This document shows positions 57,320-64,000 of a DNA stretch of 64,000 nt, in pieces. A model generated the notes under the pieces. The model was given only the letters and a program-made list of their open reading frames with translations. It did no database searches and was not told the origin of the DNA. The first letter of the stretch is position 1; each line of letters begins with the position of its first letter. Origin of the DNA: a virus; the IMG/VR virus record IMGVR_UViG_3300027749_000096, positions 8,006 through 72,005 of that record; one strand, written 5' to 3'. The position numbers were made by a program, and so were the translations under genes.

Positions 57320-57508
57320 ATGAAAAAGATTATAATATTAGATTTTAGTACAACTAAAGTACATGTCTTTCCATATGATGAAAATATATATTCTGATGGA
57401 GAAGGTTTTATAAATAATGAATGGATAGAAGAAGAATATGGATTGGGATTAAAAGAATCTCAATGTCAATGGATGATAACAGATGATTTAGTAATACAAA
57501 TACATTAA
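57320..57508 (+). CDS. hypothetical protein
   Basis: ORF. Confidence 0.55.
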   Translation: MKKIIILDFSTTKVHVFPYDENIYSDGEGFINNEWIEEEYGLGLKESQCQWMITDDLVIQIH

Positions 57509-57510
57509 TT

Positions 57511-57711
57511 ATGTCTCCAGAACAAAAAGCAGAAGAATTAGTAGATAAAATGTTATATTGTTATCAAGATCATATTGACAAATATACTGCCAAACAATGT
57601 GCATTAATAGCAGTAGATGAAATAATATCAATAAATATTAGTACACCAACTGATTATGGAGCAAGTTGGACATATTGGAATCAAGTCAAAAGAGAAATTG
57701 AAAAATTATAA
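57511..57711 (+). CDS. hypothetical protein (AKQCALIAVDEII type)
   Basis: ORF. Confidence 0.6.
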   Translation: MSPEQKAEELVDKMLYCYQDHIDKYTAKQCALIAVDEIISINISTPTDYGASWTYWNQVKREIEKL

Positions 57712-57941
57712 AACTTGTACAAGAATTACCAGGAAACCCATTTGAACACACATTAAAAGCTTTTGGATATGAGTAAAATAGAAATTAAAGAAGAAGCAAC
57801 TAAAAAAGTTGATAAGTTAAAAATTCTAGTAGGATTTTTAGAATATGAAGAAGCTTATACCTTTGATATTAAATCACAGGAACGTATAAGAAAGATGTTG
57901 AAAGATTTAGGATATTGGAAACCAATTAAAACTAAAAAATA

Positions 57942-58997
57942 ATGGAGTTAGAAGAAATTATGCAAGAGTCTATAAAACTTATGGAGAATGATTTTTATAG
58001 TAAACCGTTTGAATTCTCTTATAGTAGTTTAAATAAGTTGATGTGGAATCCACAGGCTTTTTATCAGATGTATGTACTTGGTAATAGAGAAGAGAAAACA
58101 GAATCTTATTTAGTAAATGGTAAGATTATACATTGTCTTCTACTGGAACCAGAAAAGTTTGATCAACAGTTTATAGTTAGCCCAGGTAAACTTCCAGGTG
58201 ACAGTGTGAGAGTTTTAGTAGATAGAGTGTATGCTCATGCTAAAGAACTACAAGATAATGGTGATACAAGAACTGAATTTACAGATTTTACTAATGCAGT
58301 ACTTGATGTTCTTAAAGACATGAATCTTCATCAAAGTTTAGTTGATGATAAAAAGACTGGAGTTACAGGAGATCAAAAACGTATAGATAAAGTGTATACA
58401 CCAGAAGCTATGAACTATTGGGAATTTCTTAAAGCCAAAGGAACTAAGATACTTATAGATCAAGAGAACTATGACTTCTGTAAAACAGGTGTAGATCTTA
58501 TTAAGTCAAACAAAGATATATGCAGTCTTATAGGATGTGATGTAACAGAGTTTGACAACAAAGAGGTTTATAATGAATTACCACTGAATTGTAGTATGAT
58601 AGATAAATCTTTTGGGCTAAAAGGTATTGTTGATAATTTAGTAATTGATCATGATAAGAAAATAATCTATATTAATGATATAAAGACCACCTCAAAAGAT
58701 CTTAAAGATTTTCCTGAGTCAATTGAGTTTTATAACTATTGGATGCAAGCAGCTATATATACAACAATGGTGGCTGTAAAATATATGAATTTAATTGATC
58801 ATAATAAATATCAAATTAAATTTCATTTTGTAGTAATTGATAAGATGTATCAAGTGTATGCTTTTCCAGTGAGACATGAAACTATGACTGCATGGTTTAA
58901 TAAACTTACAGATGTTTTAAATAAAGCTGAATGGCATTATTCTAACAAAGATTTCACTCTTCCTTATGAATTTGCTACAGGAAGTGTAACCCTATAA
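57942..58997 (+). CDS. PD-(D/E)XK exonuclease (RecE/DUF3799-like)
   Basis: FSYSSL, G...H..LLEP, KGIVD, DIKTT, YWMQAAIY. Confidence 0.8.
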   Translation: MELEEIMQESIKLMENDFYSKPFEFSYSSLNKLMWNPQAFYQMYVLGNREEKTESYLVNGKIIHCLLLEPEKFDQQFIVSPGKLPGDSVRVLVDRVYAHAKELQDNGDTRTEFTDFTNAVLDVLKDMNLHQSLVDDKKTGVTGDQKRIDKVYTPEAMNYWEFLKAKGTKILIDQENYDFCKTGVDLIKSNKDICSLIGCDVTEFDNKEVYNELPLNCSMIDKSFGLKGIVDNLVIDHDKKIIYINDIKTTSKDLKDFPESIEFYNYWMQAAIYTTMVAVKYMNLIDHNKYQIKFHFVVIDKMYQVYAFPVRHETMTAWFNKLTDVLNKAEWHYSNKDFTLPYEFATGSVTL

Positions 58998-59009
58998 AAA
59001 TTTAAAGAA

Positions 59010-59567
59010 ATGATAGATAAACTCTACAGTAAATATTTCCAAAAATCAAGATCCTTCTTATATCCTGTACTAGGAATAAAGAAGAAGAGCAGTGTTATAC
59101 CTACAGGTACTTATGTTTCTATTAAAGATAAGATAGGTCCTGAAGATATGAAACTTATTTGTACGTTTAAAAACGATACATCTGAAGAGTTTAAAACTTT
59201 TGAAAACCAAATGCTTTTATCTAATCCTTTATTTTCAAAGAAGATAAGTACAAATGATATCAACATTTATGTGTTTGACTTAGAGATTTATAAAACCGAT
59301 TATTTTAATTTCATCTTGGGAAAATATTCTTTATTTTCTAAACAATTAAAAAGGGCTATTAAAAATTATTACGGTGAACAATCTGCAGAATATGAAATAG
59401 TGGATAGTTATTTAAATCCAGAAAAGTATTTTGAAAACTATGCTAAACTCTTAGGTGTTGATGTTTCTGTATTAAAAGAAGTGGGGGAATTATGTAATCC
59501 TTGTGATATTGATAAAGAAACTTTAAAAATTTCTGTAAAAGAATTACAAAGTGTAGTTAAAATGTAA
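59010..59567 (+). CDS. hypothetical protein
   Basis: ORF. Confidence 0.6.
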   Translation: MIDKLYSKYFQKSRSFLYPVLGIKKKSSVIPTGTYVSIKDKIGPEDMKLICTFKNDTSEEFKTFENQMLLSNPLFSKKISTNDINIYVFDLEIYKTDYFNFILGKYSLFSKQLKRAIKNYYGEQSAEYEIVDSYLNPEKYFENYAKLLGVDVSVLKEVGELCNPCDIDKETLKISVKELQSVVKM

Positions 59568-59589
59568 TAGTTTTGTAAAAAATAAAAAT

Positions 59590-59997
59590 ATGAACAAATC
59601 AATGATGTTAATAACGTCTAGCTGGGGACAGAAAAAGACGTTTAAAATGATACCAGCAACACCAGATTGCATCTTTAATGAAGCAATCTTTGACTTAGAT
59701 AGTAAAGTATTAGCTCTCATCTCTAAAGAGAAGAAAGAAAGCTTACATATGGTGGCTAAAGTGAATGAATTTGGAGATGTAGTTCCTATGAAGATAGGAA
59801 GAAGATCTAATGGTAAAGACTTTGCTGAAGAACGTAAGTCTTTAGAAACATTCTATGAGTATTATATTGAAGATGTTACTGAAATAAAAGATATAGTTAG
59901 TAAATTAGCTGTTAATTCAGATACTTTTGACGTTATTTCTTTTATTGATGCAGTACCAGATGTTCCAAAAACAGGAAGTTTGATTAATAGTTTGTAG
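59590..59997 (+). CDS. hypothetical protein
   Basis: ORF. Confidence 0.6.
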   Translation: MNKSMMLITSSWGQKKTFKMIPATPDCIFNEAIFDLDSKVLALISKEKKESLHMVAKVNEFGDVVPMKIGRRSNGKDFAEERKSLETFYEYYIEDVTEIKDIVSKLAVNSDTFDVISFIDAVPDVPKTGSLINSL

Positions 59998-60015
59998 TTT
60001 TGTTTATATTTGCTA

Positions 60016-60048
60016 AAAAGCAGGAAGAGAAATCTTTCTGCTTTTTTT
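60016..60048 (+). terminator. intrinsic terminator
   Basis: AAAAGCAGGAAGA/TCTTTCTGCTTTT + T tract. Confidence 0.7.
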
Positions 60049-60094
60049 ATCTTAATTAATTAAAGGGGAAACAGCTTAACTGAATATTATAGAA

Positions 60095-62032
60095 ATGATA
60101 GAAAAAATAAACCCACATTGGGTGATGGATTTTGAAACTATTGTAGATTGTTTCATAGCAGTGTTCCAACATTACAAAACAACAGAAACTAAAATATTTG
60201 TTGTTCATCAATCCAGAAATGACTTCCCAGAATTTGTTAAGTTTCTAAATGAATGTAAAACAGAAAACCAATGGCACATATCCTATAATGGATTAGCTTT
60301 TGATGCTCAGATTACACAGAAGATTCTTAATGAACAGAAAAAACTCTTAAAACTTGATACTCAATCACTTGTAAATTTTATTTACAATTATGCTCAAGAA
60401 GTAATTGATAAAACTTCAAGAGGTGACTTTGCTGAATTTGCTCCATACAAGCTTAAGATTAAACAGATAGATTTGTTTAAGCTTAATCACTGGGATAATA
60501 AAGCCAAGATGAGTAGTCTTAAATGGATACAGTATTCTATGGACTGGAATAATGTTGAAGAAATGCCTCATAAACACTCTGAACCTGTGTTAATGATGGA
60601 ACAACTCAACATGATCATTAATTATTGTATTAATGATGTTCAATCCACTAAAGAGATATACAATCATTCTAAAGAACAAATCACTCTTAGACAAACTCTC
60701 ACTAAAGAATATGGAATAGATTTATATTCTGCTTCTGAACCACGTATTTCTAAAGAACTATTTTTACATTTCTTAGAACAAAGAACAGGAATGTCTAAAT
60801 CAGAACTTAAAGAACTACGTTCTCCTAGAACTTATATAGTGCTGGCTGATTGTATTCTTCCTTATGTTAAGTTTCAAACTCCTGAATTTCAAAAAGTGTT
60901 AGATTATTTCCGTACACAGGTTATTACATCTACTAAAGACGGATTTAAATACACTCTTAATTATAAAGGAGTAAAAACTGACTATGGACTAGGTGGTATT
61001 CATGGTGCAGCACAAGCAGGAGTTTATGAAGCTAAACTAGGATGGACTATTATGACTAGTGACGTTACTAGTTTCTATCCTAACTTAGCTATTAAAAATA
61101 ATTTTGCTCCAGCTCATCTACCACAGAAAGAATTTGGACAATTGTATGAGTGGTTCTTTGAAGAAAGAAAGAAAATACCTAAGACAGATCCTAAGAATTA
61201 TGTGTATAAGATTATTCTTAACAGTACTTATGGTTTAACTGGTGATGCTAACAGCTTCCTGTATGATCCTAGAATGACTATGCAGATTACTATTAATGGT
61301 CAACTACTTCTATCTATGCTCTATGAGATGTTATGTTTAGCTATACCTGAAGCCCAGCCTCTTATGCAGAATACAGATGGTTTAGAGATGATAATTCCTA
61401 ATGATAAAGTGGATGTCTATTTAAAAGTTTGTACAGAATGGGAAAAGCTCACTCAGCTAGCTCTTGAACATGATGAATATAGTAAGATGATTATTAGAGA
61501 TGTAAACAACTATATGGCTGTTACACAAAAAGGTAAGGTGAAATCTAAGGGAGCATTTGAGTGGGAAGACTTAGATAAAAAAAAGGTGGCTGTATTTCAT
61601 AAAAATAAAAGTTTTCTAATTATTCCTAAAGCAATTTATGCTTACTTTGTAAATGGAATTAAACCAGAAGATTTCTTAGAAAAAAATGAAAACATATTTG
61701 ACTATTGTGGAGCTGTCAAAGGAAAAGGAGGATGGTATTTTGAAGAAAGATTTATTAAAGATGGAGTAGTTTATAAGAATAAACTTCAAAAGATTATCCG
61801 TTATTATATTTCTAATGATGGAAATAAAATAGTTAAATGTCATCAGGATGGTAGAGAAATACAAGTGGAAGCTGGTGAATGGTTACAAACTACAGTGAAT
61901 AAACTAGATGGTTCTAAAGAATTTAATACATATAACATAAATAAAAAGTATTATCTAGAAGCCATCTATAAAGAAATAGAAGGAATTCAATCTGTAAATT
62001 ATAATAAACCAACACAACTTTCTTTATTTTAA
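60095..62032 (+). CDS. family B DNA polymerase
   Basis: Exo DFE, YN..FD, YC.ND; pol DVTSFYP, K..LNS.YG, NTDG, DVNNY. Confidence 0.9.
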   Translation: MIEKINPHWVMDFETIVDCFIAVFQHYKTTETKIFVVHQSRNDFPEFVKFLNECKTENQWHISYNGLAFDAQITQKILNEQKKLLKLDTQSLVNFIYNYAQEVIDKTSRGDFAEFAPYKLKIKQIDLFKLNHWDNKAKMSSLKWIQYSMDWNNVEEMPHKHSEPVLMMEQLNMIINYCINDVQSTKEIYNHSKEQITLRQTLTKEYGIDLYSASEPRISKELFLHFLEQRTGMSKSELKELRSPRTYIVLADCILPYVKFQTPEFQKVLDYFRTQVITSTKDGFKYTLNYKGVKTDYGLGGIHGAAQAGVYEAKLGWTIMTSDVTSFYPNLAIKNNFAPAHLPQKEFGQLYEWFFEERKKIPKTDPKNYVYKIILNSTYGLTGDANSFLYDPRMTMQITINGQLLLSMLYEMLCLAIPEAQPLMQNTDGLEMIIPNDKVDVYLKVCTEWEKLTQLALEHDEYSKMIIRDVNNYMAVTQKGKVKSKGAFEWEDLDKKKVAVFHKNKSFLIIPKAIYAYFVNGIKPEDFLEKNENIFDYCGAVKGKGGWYFEERFIKDGVVYKNKLQKIIRYYISNDGNKIVKCHQDGREIQVEAGEWLQTTVNKLDGSKEFNTYNINKKYYLEAIYKEIEGIQSVNYNKPTQLSLF

Positions 62033-62053
62033 AAAATTAAAAATTAAAACACA

Positions 62054-62716
62054 ATGATCATAGCACTAAATGGCTACTCTGGGGTCGGAAAAGACACAGT
62101 GGGTATTATCATACAATACCTACTGTCCAATTCTGTAGGTAACACAACTGTAGAAGAAGCTGTTACTAATTATAATGACCACGAATGGTGGTTAGAAGAA
62201 AACTCTGAATGGGAAATTAAAAAGTTTGCTGGGAAGCTTAAAGACATAGCTTCCCACCTTACAGGTATAGACATAGAAGATTTTGAAGACCAAGAGTTTA
62301 AAAAGACTAACTTAGGTTTTGAATGGTGGACCACATGTAACGAAGGTTATCAACCTATGACTATAAGAGAATTCTTACAGAAATTAGGTACAGATGCTCT
62401 TAGAATGGGACTACATGATAATGTATGGGTGAATGCTTTGTTTGCTGATTATAAAGGACCAAAAATGAGTGAGTACAATCCAAGTAATTGGATTATTACA
62501 GACACTAGATTTCCTAATGAAGCTCAAGCTGTAAAAGATAAGGGTGGTTTAGTTATCAGAATAGATAGACCAGGAGTTAAACCTATCAATAATCATCCTT
62601 CAGAAGTAGCACTTGATGATTGGAAGTTTGATTACAAAATAGCTAATGTATCTGATATATATGCTCTTAAAGAAACAGTGGAAGTTATTTTAAAACATGC
62701 TAAAATTATAAAATAA
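62054..62716 (+). CDS. deoxynucleoside monophosphate kinase
   Basis: GYSGVGKDT, FAGKLK, REFLQKLGT, DTRFPNE, HPSE. Confidence 0.85.
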   Translation: MIIALNGYSGVGKDTVGIIIQYLLSNSVGNTTVEEAVTNYNDHEWWLEENSEWEIKKFAGKLKDIASHLTGIDIEDFEDQEFKKTNLGFEWWTTCNEGYQPMTIREFLQKLGTDALRMGLHDNVWVNALFADYKGPKMSEYNPSNWIITDTRFPNEAQAVKDKGGLVIRIDRPGVKPINNHPSEVALDDWKFDYKIANVSDIYALKETVEVILKHAKIIK

Positions 62717-63337
62717 TTGGAAAAGTTATCTAAAGCAGAACAAATTTTATATAATATATGTTTAAAACAAACAGAAGAACTATTTATGAAAGAAGTTGAA
62801 AATATACATGAAGAATTAAAATATTATACTCCAGATATAGAAGATATAAAGGTTGGATATGAGTGTGAAATTCATACTATGACTACTGGAGGACTAATTA
62901 TATTAGATATGTTAGATAAAGAAGAATCAAAAACTATACAACAACCTAATATAGAATACTGGGTACCAATTAAATGTGATTTAGACATATGGGATAATAA
63001 AACACCTCATCAAATAGTAAAATTATTAAATAATAATCAAGTAAGAACTCCCTATTTAACTAAAGAACAAATAGAAGCTGAAGGATGGATATTTAAAATA
63101 AAAAGTGTAGATTTATGGTTTGAATCAGATGCTGAAAAAGCTAGTAATTTACAAGATTTTTATGGTTATAAATGTTATAAATTATTTTTAAATTATGGTT
63201 TACATGACAATAAGATTAAAATAAAGGGAGATTTTACTGGAGGTTGTAATTTCAATAAGGCTGATACTTTATTTGAAGGATTTTGTCCTAGTGTTAATGA
63301 ACTAAGAATTATATGTAAACTATTAAATATAAAATAA
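62717..63337 (+). CDS. hypothetical protein
   Basis: ORF; start uncertain. Confidence 0.55.
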   Translation: MEKLSKAEQILYNICLKQTEELFMKEVENIHEELKYYTPDIEDIKVGYECEIHTMTTGGLIILDMLDKEESKTIQQPNIEYWVPIKCDLDIWDNKTPHQIVKLLNNNQVRTPYLTKEQIEAEGWIFKIKSVDLWFESDAEKASNLQDFYGYKCYKLFLNYGLHDNKIKIKGDFTGGCNFNKADTLFEGFCPSVNELRIICKLLNIK

Positions 63338-63564
63338 TGATTAGCCCTATAGAAACAGATGACATATATGTAAAAGTGTATGATCCTGAAAAGAAAAAAG
63401 TGATAGCTACATATGATAGTTATGCTCAGGCTGCAAGAAAGCTTGGGCTTACAGATAAAGTGGTGAATAATGCTTGTGCTAATAAGACAAGAAGGTATTC
63501 TCCATTTTTAAATAAAGAAGTTGCTATTAGAATATCTGCAAAACCTAAAACAGAAATAAAATGA
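63337..63564 (+). CDS. small NUMOD1/HTH-like DNA-binding protein
   Basis: YDSYAQAARKLG...V..AC. Confidence 0.55.
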   Translation: MISPIETDDIYVKVYDPEKKKVIATYDSYAQAARKLGLTDKVVNNACANKTRRYSPFLNKEVAIRISAKPKTEIK

Positions 63565-64000
63565 GTAAAATTTTACACATCTCTGATACACATGGATTCC
63601 ATCAACAATTTCCTATGAGTAGATTTGAAGGAATAGATATTGTTGTACATAGTGGTGATTGTTCTAACTATAGAGATTTAGTTTTAAATGAAAGAGAAGT
63701 TAGAAATTTTATTGAATGGTATAAAGAAGTACCTGTTAAGCATAAAATTTATTCGGCAGGTAATCATGATACCAGCATAGATAAAAGAAGAGTTACTCCT
63801 GCAGATTTTCATGAAGCAGGTATAACCTATCTTGAAAATAATGGAACCACTATAGAAGGTATAAAGTTTTGGGGAAGTCCATACACTCCTAAATTTGGTG
63901 AATGGTCTTTTATGAAGAGTAGAGAAACCATTAACAGAGTGTGGGAAAATATTCCTAAAGACACTGATGTACTTATAGTGCACGGACCACCAAAAGGGAT
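63561..64000 (+). CDS. calcineurin-like metallophosphoesterase, partial
   Basis: Hand-translated MSKILHISDTHG...HSGD...AGNHD...HGPP. Confidence 0.85.
   Translation, partial: MSKILHISDTHGFHQQFPMSRFEGIDIVVHSGDCSNYRDLVLNEREVRNFIEWYKEVPVKHKIYSAGNHDTSIDKRRVTPADFHEAGITYLENNGTTIEGIKFWGSPYTPKFGEWSFMKSRETINRVWENIPKDTDVLIVHGPPKG

Noticed and set aside
1681-63983. Antisense or alternate-frame ORFs in the track (e.g. 1681-1965, 6152-6418, 8099-8494, 12431-12664, 13156-13488, 35321-35611, 42986-43372, 63684-63983)
   Set aside because: They overlap well-supported genes and have shadow-like composition with no leaders
1-64000. Stop-codon reassignment (code 15 or 4) as in some crAss-like phages
   Set aside because: Core genes are full-length in code 11; TAG and TGA serve as real stops

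Overview
64 kb of an AT-rich, lytic dsDNA tailed-phage genome with crAss-like (Crassvirales-type) gene content and order. The host is probably a Bacteroidota/Flavobacteria (A-rich start contexts without Shine-Dalgarno, Bacteroidota-type lipoproteins). ORFs are intact in the standard code. 1-23985 (minus strand) is the late/morphogenesis block: PhoH, nuclease, HU-like protein, GNAT and an Acb2/Tad1-like gene, then terminase, portal, scaffold-like protein, major capsid protein, two free-standing homing endonucleases, small Lys-rich proteins, an LCIB/theta-carbonic-anhydrase-like gene, a ferritin-like gene and virion proteins. 24000-26880 is a divergent, largely non-coding region dense in predicted RNA structure. 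26880-47370 (plus) holds small early genes, SF2 helicase, UDG and a MoxR ATPase + VWA pair. 47461-49633 is an inverted lysis cassette. 49761-64000 is the replication module: DnaA-domain-IV-like protein, intein-containing DnaB, Sak4-like ATPase, SSB, primase, exonuclease, family B polymerase, dNMP kinase and phosphoesterase. Best leads: two covarying GUUGUAA/UUACAAC-closed ncRNA candidates, a compact pseudoknot RNA in the capsid operon, the carbonic anhydrase, the M-x-x-G-G basic peptides, and homing endonucleases that appear to replace their neighbour's 3' end. All functional calls come from motif recognition by eye, with no database searches.
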